A DNA stretch of 64,000 nt from Rhodospirillales bacterium (lineage in GTDB: Bacteria > Pseudomonadota > Alphaproteobacteria > Bin95), in contig JAYQLI010000012.1 of assembly GCA_038143065.1 (NCBI GenBank), positions 1-64,000 of the forward strand, in the 5' to 3' direction. Positions 1-10,953 of the stretch are shown piece by piece (within the stretch, counting starts at the first letter, position 1; every line of letters starts with the position of its first letter). The notes under the pieces are model-generated. The model searched no databases. It worked only from the letters and a program-made list of their open reading frames with translations, and was not told the origin of the DNA. Position numbers and translations under genes: made by a program.

Positions 1-1496
1 GCGCAACACTGTAGGCGTCTTGATGTGTCCCAATCACAGCTAGCGTGGCCTTTTCAGTCAGGAGCCCTTTGTCGAGCATATCCAGTGCCTTCAGACTGGC
101 TTCGGTCGTTTTGTCGTTTGATTGGTTCTCCGCTGAACGTGCTGGTTCTGTACCCTGTTGTGATTTCTTCAGGCTGTTCTTCAGGTTCATTGGGAGGCTT
201 TCTTCAATGACATCACCTACGGGACTGTGTAGATCCTCATCTGATATGGAGAAGCCCTGTACCCGCTCTGCTTTGTATTCATCATATGGCGTGTCATAGC
301 GCTTGCCTGTAAGCATTTCTTTCTTAAGGCGCGGTGTGAGATGACTGTAGTGGCGCTCTATCATCAAAATAGACGTGCCCATTTGTACAGCAAGCGTATG
401 CACATCCATCCCGTCATTTAGCAGTGAGAATGTGGCATAAGTATGGCGCAAAGCTATAAAGCGTGCGATCCTGCCCTGTTCTTGGACAGGTGAGTAATCC
501 AGTATCCCTCATGAGGATCCTAAACGTCTGACGCAGGTTGGCACTGGCTGTGCCATCAGGCAGTCGGAAGACAGGTTCATCTCGTTTTGACTTAATCAGT
601 TGCTCAAAACTCAAATGCGCAATATCGGGGCATCTGCTTTGAATGCGTTTGAGATAGTTTATGGTTCCTGCCCGGCAGATAATATCACGGCGGCCTGTTT
701 TGCCCGAAACACTCATTTCCAGGTATTTGAGGCCCTTGTCTTCAAATAGGCTGATATGTTTCCAGCGCAGGTTATTCTGCTTCTGTGCCATGCCGCATGC
801 CCGTGTTTGCCAGAATAAGAATGTAGTCACGCAGCAAATGGCGCATGTCGCGGGACTTGCCCTCTCGTCCTGCATCAATCCAACTGGGCAGTTTGCGAAT
901 GAGTGTCGCATATTCTTCTCTGGTGAAGTCAGGTCGCCGAACGCTATCCGCCCTTTGTTCACCAGCACAGGGATCTGAGACTTATTCATGTATCCACGTG
1001 CCACAGCTTCATCGAAGATCCGATTGAGTGCTGAGTTATGGGTATTTAGTGTAGAGGCTCTTGGCTCTCGGCCCATCTTCTCTTCACGCCAGCGCGCAAA
1101 CTTTTGCAGCATCTCGTAATCAATACTGGTGACAAAGAGATCTCCAAAGAAGGGAACCAGATACTTATCAATCACGATGATGTAATCACGAAAGCTCTTC
1201 TTGCCTACACCATTCTCAAGCTGCTCTTTCATGGTTGCTCTACACAGTGCAGCCACATCAGCAAACCTTTTAGAGATAACAGGCAAGCCGTTCTTTTGGC
1301 GGAAGCGATAGTCTAGGTAAATCTCGCGCGCCGCGTCTTTAGCATCCTGCAAAATACGCTTCTTGGTGCTCACACGGACTTGTCGTCCGTCCATCATAAA
1401 TACAACTTGCCAGACTGAGCTGTGTTTACGTTTAAAAAGACGAACCTCACCATCCATCAACGTGGGCGTATTTGGGTTCAGTTTAGGCAAAGTCAT
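1..1496 (-). CDS. Tyrosine recombinase/phage integrase of a tRNA-Met island (frameshifted, 3' end runs off the window)
   Basis: ORF 414..1511 has an integrase-like N-terminus and TLNTHNSALNRIF. Across frameshifts it reads GKTGRR...RTLYSLRHTYAT...LAVQMGTSILMIERHY. Lies just downstream of the tRNA-Met 3' end. Confidence 0.9.
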
Positions 1497-1621
1497 CACC
1501 GTGTTTAACACTGTGATTCTGCACTCATAATTCTCAGAAAGCGAGAAAAAACTGTGCTAGAGGTGTGCTACGCGCAAAACGCGTCAAGCGAAATATTAAG
1601 TCATTGATTATATTGGAATTT

Positions 1622-1698
1622 TGGTAGCGGAGGAGGGACTTGAACCCCCGACACGCGGATTATGATTCCGCTGCTCTAACCACCTGAGCTACTCCGCC
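1622..1698 (-). tRNA. tRNA-Met (CAT), elongator type
   Basis: Reverse complement GGCGGAGTAGCTCAGGTGGTTAGAGCAGCGGAATCATAATCCGCGTGTCGGGGGTTCAAGTCCCTCCTCCGCTACCA folds into a full cloverleaf with CAT anticodon and encoded CCA. Confidence 0.96.
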
Positions 1699-1983
1699 AA
1701 CGCGCTCGATTTAGGCTTATTCCTAAACTAGGTCAAGTTCATTATCCAACATAAGCCACTTAATACAGTTCTCAAAGCTGGAAGCCGCTGGGAAGACTGA
1801 ATAAGGCAGTGGCTTTACCACTTAGACAAACTGGCAGCGCACAGCTTAGCAAAATTTCATACTTTATTATAAGGGTGCAGGGTTGCGCCTGATTATCAGT
1901 GCAAACTTCATTAAAAACCGCATCCGCTAGCCACGTTTCAAGCAACGCACGCTATTTTAGCTCGCACAAATTTGTTCAACTGT

Positions 1984-2847
1984 TCAACTTTTGCGCTCAC
2001 CACTGCTGCATGAAAGGAGAAGCCGCTTTTTCAATACAACATCGCCTTCACCGGCCAATGCGATGCGAGAGATTGCCTCTGATAAGGCTTCATACGTAAC
2101 AGACATTCGATGCGCATTGGCATGAATCAAAGTTTCCTCGCTGATCATCAGCGCCACATGGCCTTTCCAAAACACGAGATCACCGCGTTGCAAGGGTGCA
2201 TCTGGCGGTAAAACGGCCCCCAACGCGCGCTGTTGTAAGTCACTGTCAGCCGGGCAGTTATGAGCGCAAATCATGTGACTCAATCGAACAAGGCCCGAGC
2301 AATCAATCCCCAATGCGCTGTCGCCCCCCCAAAGATAGGGAACGCCGAGCAATTGTTCCGCAACGGCCACCGGGTCTGACGGCGGATCGGTTAGCGCCTG
2401 AACATGTTGTTTGGGCACCCAGCCGAACTGGGTTTTTATAAAACCAGTCTCCTCCTGTAGGTTTTGCAGTTGACTGCCCATCACCAAGAGCGCTGTGATG
2501 CCCGACTTCATATCACACTGCCCATAAGAATGGCTGATTGGCACCGAGATATAATGCGTGCTTGGCGCTTGGTTTGGGGGTCGAAGTTGCTGTGATTGTA
2601 TATATCCAACATAACCATGCGCGCAGGCTTTTACAAAACTCCACCCCGCATGCTCGTCATAGACGGTTACTTGTTCTCCGGGATAGAGTTGCCGCTGCAG
2701 CGCGCCCGCAGGGGCGCTGCATAAATTGCCAAGGCCACCCGCAACTTGTTGCGGCCAGCCTTCAACAAATCGCTCAGCCTGCACCTTGCCTTTCAGGTCA
2801 AGCGCAGCCACGCGGCCGTTACAGGCTAAAAGTCTGGGATCTCTCAT
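1984..2847 (-). CDS. NlpC/P60 (C40) peptidase with N-terminal SH3-like region
   Basis: PYLWGG...GIDCSGL...GDLVFWKGHVA motifs. Start MRDPRL overlaps the upstream stop (ATGA). Confidence 0.9.
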   Translation of the reverse strand: MRDPRLLACNGRVAALDLKGKVQAERFVEGWPQQVAGGLGNLCSAPAGALQRQLYPGEQVTVYDEHAGWSFVKACAHGYVGYIQSQQLRPPNQAPSTHYISVPISHSYGQCDMKSGITALLVMGSQLQNLQEETGFIKTQFGWVPKQHVQALTDPPSDPVAVAEQLLGVPYLWGGDSALGIDCSGLVRLSHMICAHNCPADSDLQQRALGAVLPPDAPLQRGDLVFWKGHVALMISEETLIHANAHRMSVTYEALSEAISRIALAGEGDVVLKKRLLLSCSSGERKS

Positions 2848-4229
2848 AACGAAAGAAGTTTCGGCAAAGCCGAGGCGAGCGCACGGATGCCTTGCGATGT
2901 TCCCCCCTTCGTGATGCCTGCGGCGTCCTTTGGCGCCCAACCGTAAATATCGAAATGTATGTATTTATCGGCCTCTGCGACAAACCGCCTTAAGAAAAGG
3001 GCCGCCGTAATCGAGCCTGCAAACCCGCCTGCGGGCGCATTGTCTAGATCCGCAATACCAGGTTCAATCATCGGCTCATAGCCCTCCCAAAACGGCAGTC
3101 GCCACAGCGGATCAAGGCTGGCTTTACCCGCCTGCATCAACATCTCGGAAATTGCATCCTGATTGGTGTAAAAAGGCGCCAGCTGCGGGCCCAGCGCCAC
3201 CCGCGCGGCGCCCGTCAATGTTGCCAGTGAAACAATTAAATCCGGCCGGTCTTCGCTGGCATAGCTCAGCGCATCGCCAAGCACCAATCTTCCTTCTGCA
3301 TCTGTATTGTTGATTTCAACGCTAAGCCCTTTGCGCGAGATCAAAATATCTTGCGGTCTGAAAGATGCCCCCGAGACCGCGTTTTCAACAGCCGGGATCA
3401 AGACCCGCAACTGCAGGGGTAAATTTAAATCCAAGATTAACTGCGCCAAAGCCAGCGCATGGGCGGCGCCGCCCATATCCTTTTTCATCAATCCCATCGA
3501 GGATCCGGGCTTTAAATTTAGGCCTCCTGTATCAAAGCATACGCCTTTGCCCACCAATGTCAGTTTCGGCCCCATCGTTCCAAAGCCCAGATCGATTAAG
3601 CGCGGCGCGTTCGGCGAAGCCCGCCCAACGGCGTGAATCATAGGAAAATTCTGATCGATCAAAGCCTCGCCGATGATCACATCAAAAGTTCCGTGATATT
3701 GCGCCGCCAGCTGACGGGCGACCAGCTCAATCTCGGCGGGGCCCATATCAGACGCGGGCGTATTGATCAGATCACGGCACAGAGCTTCAGATTTTGCCAA
3801 GCTTTCGATATGCCCTTTATCCATACCGGACGGTGCGATTAATCGAGGCAGCGCCCGTGACGTTGAGCGATACCGATCAAACGCATAGCCCAAAAGCAAC
3901 CAGCCTAAAACTTCATATTCCGCGTTCTCTAAAGGCACGGGCTCGGGCAGCTTATAGACACCGCCTGGTAATTTTGCAGCGGCGGCGGCCAATACAAAGC
4001 GGTTTCGCGCCCGGCTTTGCGTATCGCCCAGTCCCAAAATTGCAAGTTTTGCTTCACCGCTCGCAGTTGGGCACAGCACAGCTTCACCAAAACCGCCGGT
4101 AAACCCCTGCTGGGCGATCCAGCGCTGGGCAGGCGCCGCTAGGCCCGCCACTACCTCATTAACAGTGTCACTGTTGCATAACAGAACAGGAATAGAAGCG
4201 TGATCTTCTGATATAAACTCGAGCGTCAT
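2844..4229 (-). CDS. Leucyl aminopeptidase (M17 family)
   Basis: VGKGVCFDTGG, MKKDMGGAA, NTDAEGRL and ATLTGA motifs. Confidence 0.95.
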   Translation of the reverse strand: MTLEFISEDHASIPVLLCNSDTVNEVVAGLAAPAQRWIAQQGFTGGFGEAVLCPTASGEAKLAILGLGDTQSRARNRFVLAAAAAKLPGGVYKLPEPVPLENAEYEVLGWLLLGYAFDRYRSTSRALPRLIAPSGMDKGHIESLAKSEALCRDLINTPASDMGPAEIELVARQLAAQYHGTFDVIIGEALIDQNFPMIHAVGRASPNAPRLIDLGFGTMGPKLTLVGKGVCFDTGGLNLKPGSSMGLMKKDMGGAAHALALAQLILDLNLPLQLRVLIPAVENAVSGASFRPQDILISRKGLSVEINNTDAEGRLVLGDALSYASEDRPDLIVSLATLTGAARVALGPQLAPFYTNQDAISEMLMQAGKASLDPLWRLPFWEGYEPMIEPGIADLDNAPAGGFAGSITAALFLRRFVAEADKYIHFDIYGWAPKDAAGITKGGTSQGIRALASALPKLLSL

Positions 4230-4445
4230 AGGGCGCGTTTCCTTCGGTTTGGCGCAGAACGCGCGCTTAGTCTTTGCCGCCGCGGTCGCATGTCAAATAA
4301 GATCAGACAGCAGGGGTTGAAATATTTTAACACCGTCTGATAGTAACAATGACGGTGGCAAAAGAACAGATATGGCAGATCATCTTCGCCTCTGTTATCG
4401 CCACTGCGTAGATGCGTTTATCTTTGTCTAGAAAGGCCCCCGCTT

Positions 4446-5096
4446 ATGGATTTTGTCAAACCGCTTCCCGCCTATCTCATTCAACGCTATCATGGATGGT
4501 TCGCGACGGGCTTTTCCGAAAACCAGGCCTGGTATAAGCGATTGGCCACTGAGGGCCAGCGCCCAAGAGCCATGATTATTTCCTGTTGTGACTCGCGGGT
4601 GCATGCCACATCTATCTTTGGCGCAGAGCAAGGTGAGTTTTTTATTCATCGAAATATTGCGAATTTGGTGCCGCCTTATAGCCCAGATGGATCGCAACAC
4701 GGAACCAGCGCTGCCGTCGAATACGCGGTCACCGCGCTTAATGTGTCGCAATTGATCATTCTGGGGCATTCAAATTGTGGCGGCGTAAAAGGATGCTTGG
4801 ATATGTGCCGGGGCCACGCACCGCAGCTTGAAGAGAAAACCAGTTTCGTTGGGCGTTGGATGGATATTTTGCGGCCGGGATATGAGGCGATCAAAGATCA
4901 CTCTTCCGAAGAGGAGATGGCTCAAAATTTGGAAAAGCAGGCGGTGCTGACATCTTTGACAAATTTGATGACCTTTCCTTTTGTAGAAAAGGCGGTTCAA
5001 GATGGTTCGCTATCCTTGCACGGCTTATGGACTGATATTGGTGAGGGCAGTTTGGAAGCCTTTGACCCGGCGACGCAAAGGTTTAAGCCTGTCTAA
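4446..5096 (+). CDS. Beta-class carbonic anhydrase
   Basis: CCDSRV, RNIANLV and GHSNCGG zinc-binding motifs. Confidence 0.95.
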   Translation: MDFVKPLPAYLIQRYHGWFATGFSENQAWYKRLATEGQRPRAMIISCCDSRVHATSIFGAEQGEFFIHRNIANLVPPYSPDGSQHGTSAAVEYAVTALNVSQLIILGHSNCGGVKGCLDMCRGHAPQLEEKTSFVGRWMDILRPGYEAIKDHSSEEEMAQNLEKQAVLTSLTNLMTFPFVEKAVQDGSLSLHGLWTDIGEGSLEAFDPATQRFKPV

Positions 5097-5190
5097 GCTT
5101 TTTAAAATAAATTTGAGCAACAAAAACACTTCCATGCGCTGCCGCCAAGACTTGTTTTGAGTTTTTCTGCGTGCCGATGAGGCAAGCACA

Positions 5191-5385
5191 TCACGCCGCG
5201 TTATCGTTTTTCGTCTGTCTTAGTCGCATGATCGCAATATTTGCGTTTTGAATATCCTTCGAAAATTGACGTTTGACCTCATCACTCGTCATTTTCGGTG
5301 TGGCGAGCGCGCGCAGTGATTGTGCAATTAAATTATCGATCTGCTCTGTGTTCTCTTTATCAGCCAACATGCACTTCACGTCCAA
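5191..5385 (-). CDS. Small hypothetical protein
   Basis: 64-aa helical-looking ORF in an intergenic gap; no recognisable motif. Confidence 0.4.
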   Translation of the reverse strand: MDVKCMLADKENTEQIDNLIAQSLRALATPKMTSDEVKRQFSKDIQNANIAIMRLRQTKNDNAA

Positions 5386-5580
5386 ACATTCTCGGTTGCC
5401 TGTTTATAGCAAACCGGAGATGCCATCACATATAAACATTCGGATAAGTTTTAACTACTTTAGACGATCTCTATATTCTCATGGGGCTCTTTATCAATTT
5501 GATAATACTTAAGGGTAAGACGTTTGCAGGACGCGTCCTTTACGATAATATAAAAATTTAAAGGCAAGAGTGTTTTTGGA

Positions 5581-6603
5581 TCAGGCTTTTTGAAGCACGC
5601 GCTGGCCTAACACTTCGGCGATTTGAACGGCATTCAGTGCCGCGCCTTTGCGCAAATTGTCAGACACGCACCATAGATTCAACCCATTTTCTAAGGTGCT
5701 ATCCTGCCGGATGCGGCTGACAAATGTTGCGAAATCACCAACGCATTCCACGGGTGAGACATAACCCCCATCCTCGCGCTTATCGATTACCATCAAGCCA
5801 GGCGCTTCGCGCAGGATGTCGCGGGCCTCATCCTCATCCAAGAACTCTTCAAATTCGATATTAATCGCTTCGGAATGCCCCACAAAAACCGGAACCCGCA
5901 CGCATGTTGCGGTGACTTTTATTTTCGGATCAATAATCTTTTTGGTTTCGGCAACCATTTTCCATTCTTCCTTGGTGGTGCCATCTTCCATAAACACATC
6001 AATATGAGGAATGACATTAAAGGCGATTTGTTTTGGATAGACTTTTGGTGCCACTTCCTGGCCCGGCACATACATGCCTTTGGTTTGGTTCCAAAGCTCG
6101 TCAATCGCTTCCTTACCGCTGCCCGACACTGATTGGTAGGTGCTGACCACCACGCGCTTGATGGTGGCACGATCATGAAGCGGTTTGAGCGCAACCACCA
6201 TCTGCGCGGTTGAACAATTGGGGTTGGCGATTATATTTTTTTTCGAATATCCAAAAATCGCATCCGCATTTACCTCCGGTACGATCAACGGAACATCTGG
6301 GTCATAGCGATATAAAGAGCTGTTATCGATCACAACGCAGCCGGCCTTGGCTGCGCGCGGCGCGTGCAGTTTTGTGGCTTCAGAGCCCACGGCAAAAAGT
6401 GCGATATCCCATCCTGAAAAGTCAAATTGTTCCAAATCTTTGGTTGATAAAATCTGATCGCCAAAACTCAATTCGGTTCCCAAGGAGCGTCTGCTTGCAA
6501 GCGCAACGATTTTATCAATTGGAAAATGCCGTTCTGCCAAGATATTCAGAATTTCTCGGCCAACATTGCCCGTGGCGCCAACAACAGCAACTTTATAACC
6601 CAT
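5581..6603 (-). CDS. asd: Aspartate-semialdehyde dehydrogenase
   Basis: GATGNVG, NPNCST, TCVRVPVFVGHSE and DNLRKGAALNAVQIAE motifs. Confidence 0.97.
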   Translation of the reverse strand: MGYKVAVVGATGNVGREILNILAERHFPIDKIVALASRRSLGTELSFGDQILSTKDLEQFDFSGWDIALFAVGSEATKLHAPRAAKAGCVVIDNSSLYRYDPDVPLIVPEVNADAIFGYSKKNIIANPNCSTAQMVVALKPLHDRATIKRVVVSTYQSVSGSGKEAIDELWNQTKGMYVPGQEVAPKVYPKQIAFNVIPHIDVFMEDGTTKEEWKMVAETKKIIDPKIKVTATCVRVPVFVGHSEAINIEFEEFLDEDEARDILREAPGLMVIDKREDGGYVSPVECVGDFATFVSRIRQDSTLENGLNLWCVSDNLRKGAALNAVQIAEVLGQRVLQKA

Positions 6604-6788
6604 AATTTAAGCTCCTTATGCCGTTTAAACGGCTCGTGATCTCGGTTAGGCGGCTTCTAACGCAACATTTGTGGTTAGGAAAGGCGAAAGCGGCCCTTTC
6701 AAATTGAATATCACCCCCGTCAAGAAGGCCTTTCAGCCGCGCCACAGCGCAGGGCCTGGCCGGGCCTCCCAAATCGGAGGCAAAATAC

Positions 6789-7772
6789 TTACTGGGTTAA
6801 ATTTTTGGCCGAGGACTTAATCGCCGCATATTGGCCAGAGGGGCGATAACACCAAAGATATTCTGGTAAAATCGCCTCAAGGGATGTGGGCTCAATTCCC
6901 ATATCTGCAAATCCTTTGGCGGTTTCGGAGACGATATTATCAACCGTCAAATCTTTCAGTTGATCCCGCGTTAAAATCCCGTTTTTGAAAAGCCTAAGCG
7001 TGACGGTTTCTAAGAAATCAAACCCGGCAGCCATCGGCCGCGCCAAGAAAAATGGAATATTTACCAAAAGGCGGCGGCGCTCAATCACCGATAGCATACG
7101 CGTCATCAAACCCGCAAAATCAATGACCTCTGGCCCGCCAAGCTCATAAGTCCCGACAGCTATTTCCCGCGTCAACGCGATTTCAACAGCTTGGGCAATA
7201 TCATCCACATAAACCGGTTGGAAGCGCGTTGCCGCCCCGGCAAAAGGCAAAACAGGCCCCGTTTGGGCCATTGAGGCAAAGCGATTGAAAAACTGATCTT
7301 CAGGGCCAAAAACAACAGAGGGCCTAAAAATATACGCCCGTGGCATATGGCTTAATACGGCCGCTTCGCCGGCGCGCTTACTCTGCGCGTACTCACTTTC
7401 CGAAAGGCTTGCGCTGGCCAAGGATGAGATATGCACCAAGCTTTGCACGCCGTTTGCCGCCGAAAGCCTGGCAATACGCGCGGCGCCGTCTTCCTGAACC
7501 GCTTTAAAATTATTCTTTCCCAAGCGATCAAACGTTCCAACGCAATTCACCGTCGCATCGGCGTTTTCCAAAGCGGCTGTCACGCTGCCATCGTCGCGGA
7601 TATTGCAAAAAACAGGTTCGACTTGCCCGACCGCTCCGTATGATTTGACGAATAGAGCCTCATTCGGACGCCGCACAGCAACCCTGACGCGCCATCCTTG
7701 TTTCGCCATACGACGTGCAATATAGCGCCCGACAAACCCCGAGCCTCCAAAGATGGTTACCAATTGCGACAT
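6789..7772 (-). CDS. Complex I NDUFA9-like NAD-dependent epimerase/dehydratase
   Basis: MSQLVTIFGGSGFVGRY Rossmann start, YAQSK, RPSVVFGPED and FQPVYVDD motifs. Confidence 0.9.
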   Translation of the reverse strand: MSQLVTIFGGSGFVGRYIARRMAKQGWRVRVAVRRPNEALFVKSYGAVGQVEPVFCNIRDDGSVTAALENADATVNCVGTFDRLGKNNFKAVQEDGAARIARLSAANGVQSLVHISSLASASLSESEYAQSKRAGEAAVLSHMPRAYIFRPSVVFGPEDQFFNRFASMAQTGPVLPFAGAATRFQPVYVDDIAQAVEIALTREIAVGTYELGGPEVIDFAGLMTRMLSVIERRRLLVNIPFFLARPMAAGFDFLETVTLRLFKNGILTRDQLKDLTVDNIVSETAKGFADMGIEPTSLEAILPEYLWCYRPSGQYAAIKSSAKNLTQ

Positions 7773-7910
7773 AGGCTTCTCCAACGATTGTTCCTTGCGG
7801 GGTTGAATACTCTGGCTATCGCCTCTGAGCAAGATACAAATATCTGAGGAAAACCCAGAAACGCGTTGACTCCACAAATCGCTATAGCTACATGCACAAA
7901 GATGGTGAGT

Positions 7911-7987
7911 GCCCAGGTGGCGGAATTGGTAGACGCGCTAGCTTCAGGTGCTAGTGTCTGTATGGAATAGAGTCCTCTCCAGTACCA
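7911..7987 (+). tRNA. tRNA-Leu (CAG); T-arm and 3' end corrupted in this sequence
   Basis: GCCCAGGTGGCGGAATTGGTAGACGCGCTAGCTTCAGGTGCTAGTGTCTGTATGGA is a canonical 5' two-thirds. The 3' part reads ATAGAGTCCTCTCCAGTACCA instead of CGTGGAGGTTCGAGTCCTCTCCTGGGCACCA. Confidence 0.88.
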
Positions 7988-8044
7988 CTTGAAGTATGCT
8001 AAGAAATTTGTCGGGTTTAACCATCTGGAAATGAACATTCCGTA

Positions 8045-8720
8045 ATAATACAGCCACGATTAGAAGACGTATCAACAGCCTGTCTGCTAATCCTGAATTA
8101 TGCCTATGCAGAACTTCATTAGATAGGCCTTATCCATACCCTCAAGACTATTTATCAAAGGAGAAGGTGAAGATCTTAGCCATAAGCGAGGCACCTTTAT
8201 CCCAATGAGAGTTGAAATGGGGATAGTGACAAGGCCTTAGGTTCAGGCTCAGATCACTGATTACGCCTCTCTTGGGAGAAACTAGGCTTCCAGTCAGTCC
8301 ATAGAGATCGTAGGGCTTAAGTTGGAAGATATCTCTGGCTTGAGAAATGGATCTGTATCCATATACTGGTCCTAATTCAGCAAGACGTTTGAAGACCAGA
8401 AGCAGCCAAAGAACCTTACAGCCTGTCTGCTATCCAAGCTATGCCTATGGAGAACTGGACTTGAAAAGGCAGATGATACCTACCTATTTATATAGGAGAG
8501 GGTGAAGATAGCCATGCTACGCATGCTTGCAATGCCCTGAACAAGTGGGGGAAGAAGGACTTAGGTTGGCCTCAGATCATTGCCTCTCTTAGGGATAATT
8601 CAGAGACCGTCTGAGAGCCGTGGAGTGCGGTCTTGAGATCTGATTGATCAAATTGGCCTGGATGGAAGTCGTTTAGCTCAATTGGGAATAGTTACCCTTA
8701 GTTAGTTACCAAAACTCTCA
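8045..8720 (+). pseudogene. 5'-truncated tyrosine integrase remnant, homologous to the integrase at 57154
   Basis: Nucleotide similarity to 57580-58200, e.g. TATCAAAGGAGAAGGTGAAGAT...AGCCATAAGCGAGG and TTCAGAGACCGTCTGAGAGC. Confidence 0.8.
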
Positions 8721-9001
8721 AACTGAAAGAGCATGGACGATATTAATTCCCAAGAATATTAAAACAGACAATTTTTTAATTAGATTTCCCACTATGCCGT
8801 TAAAATGTGGCTGAAAAAGGGACTTTTTCTTGTTGCAGTCTCATAAGATAATCCATGGAAACCAGGTGCCCAAAGGTCTGATTGATAGCCAACGTTTGAG
8901 GCTCATTTAAAATTGCAAAACTCTCAAGCCATGGACGATATTAATTTCGTGAACAAAAAGTGACAATTTTGAAAGCTATGTTTCATTAATGTCGCCTAAA
9001 A

Positions 9002-10836
9002 TTATTCAGGCGGTCTAGTTTAATCCAATTGACGTTTGGACAGGATATTCATTTCATTAAGATTTGCTAATTTCCAATTGACTTGAAATTTTCCAAAGCC
9101 GTCTCTTCATCGCCTTGATCAAAGCTATGTATGACAACATGATATGCCACATCTCATTAATACCTGGCTCATCATAATTTTTCTTGATTTGAGCTTTTAT
9201 ATAAGTTTTCGCTTGCGCATATGCTTTATCATTTTTTCAAACTCGGCGATTAGATATGTCCAAGCAAATCTTTTAAATTCAAAGACTGAAATGAGGTGCT
9301 ATATTTTCCAGTATTTCTAAACATTGATAATGACTTATCATACTGACCGCAGTGTCTTGCTAAGCTAGCTGCACTCGACATAATAGATGGGTCATTGGTG
9401 TTCATCATCTTTTCCAGTCGTCCGGTGGCTATTTCTAACTTACCCAAATAATTTCTCTCTATCATCTGCGCTAAACTTAAAGCGTAAGGATAATCACTAT
9501 TAAATTTTAAAACTTTTTGGGTAAGCTTGTAAGCTTCATTAACATTGTTCTGGAAATCAGACGAAACGCCAAACCATAAAGCCCCCAGAGGAACCAAGCT
9601 TGATCCTCTAAATCAAGGTAAGGATTATTGGGCTCTAAGGTTTTATTAATTTCCAATATTCTTTTATATTCTTGAATTCCCTCTGGAGTCTGCCGTTCAA
9701 ACGCTAATCTTGCTTCTAATCTGTTTAGGTAAACTTCAGGTGTAAATTCATTTTTAATTCCCTCAGAAGCTACATTTAAAGACAATACGCCAGGGATTAC
9801 TTCACTCGAAACTGCTGTGCTAATTTGGTGAATTTCAAAAATATCGTTATCTACAAATCGAAAGTCTCCTGACCAAATAATTTTATCACTCTTTAGATCT
9901 GTAAGATCCAGATTGATTCTGAATTTATTTCTGAGGGATTTTAGAAAGCTTTTGAGTGTAAATTCAACTCCATAAATTATGACTTTCAGTTCTGCCTTGG
10001 TTATTTGCTTACAAGAAATAGTCTACAGAACTTGGATCATGAATAAAGAGCTCATTGTAACGTTTTAGGGGTGATTGAAACGTGGTTGGTTAGAGCAGCA
10101 AGGGTTTTCGTTTGTGTATCATCATTTTTTTTGGTTTCAAATGGATAGATTAACAAAGACTTCTTATTAGCAGCGACCTCAAATCCACTTTTGTAGAATT
10201 CATACTAAAAAGTGAAATATACTATCGCCACTAATAAAATTAATACGATTGAGGCAATAGCCTGAAGTAGCTTTTGCTGAATGGCTTTTTTTCTTTTCGT
10301 TTTTCTAAACCGTCTAGCAACAAATCAAAAAGGCGTGGAATTCGTTTTGCTTAACCTTTTGAAGACCAATGTCGTTGAACTCGCGAGAGGTCTTGCCTTG
10401 ACGGCAAATCATAGACGCTTTTCGATAGCGTAATCCCACCTGTTCAGGCCAAGGCTTCTAGTCTTGCAGCTATATTTACCCCGTCACCAAGGAGATTTTC
10501 TTTTCTTTTACCCCACATCACCTGAGTTGATCCCAAGGGTGGAATTCTAGTTTTACAGACGTATCGTCGGAAGAGTTTCTATCTTTGATAGCCTTCTGAA
10601 ATTCTACGGCGCATTCAACTGCTGAGACTGCACTTGGAAATTCCGCCAGAATGAGTTCACCGCCTGTATTAAACAGACGGCCCTTATACTTTGTTTCAAA
10701 TAACGCAGTTAGGATTTTCTCGCAGGCACGGAGATTTAATTGTGCTGCTCTCATCTGCTTCCATGTGTTTGCTATACCCAACAACATCGGTAGCAAAGAT
10801 GACTGCAATCTTACGTTCAATTTTTTCTTCAGACAT
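9002..10836 (-). CDS. Class III adenylate/guanylate cyclase with TM, TolB-like and TPR regions (many frameshifts)
   Basis: KIAVIFATDVVGYSKHME, GRLFNTGG..LAEFPSAVSAVECAVEFQ and GDGVNIAARLEA across frames. Paralog of 58311-60228. Confidence 0.8.
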
Positions 10837-10953
10837 AAAGCTCGCCACACAGGTGAAATTTTTATGCTTAGCATGCCGTGTGTTGCAAGCAGAGTGTCTA
10901 TAAGAACGTAGGGAAATTCATGCACACTGTTGCAATATATGCCAAGCCTCGCC

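Noticed and set aside
8705-8980. Apparent local duplication (AAAACTCTCAA...CATGGACGATATTAATT at ~8711 and ~8918)
   Set aside because: It falls in the noisiest stretch and is likely a consensus artefact; no function can be supported.
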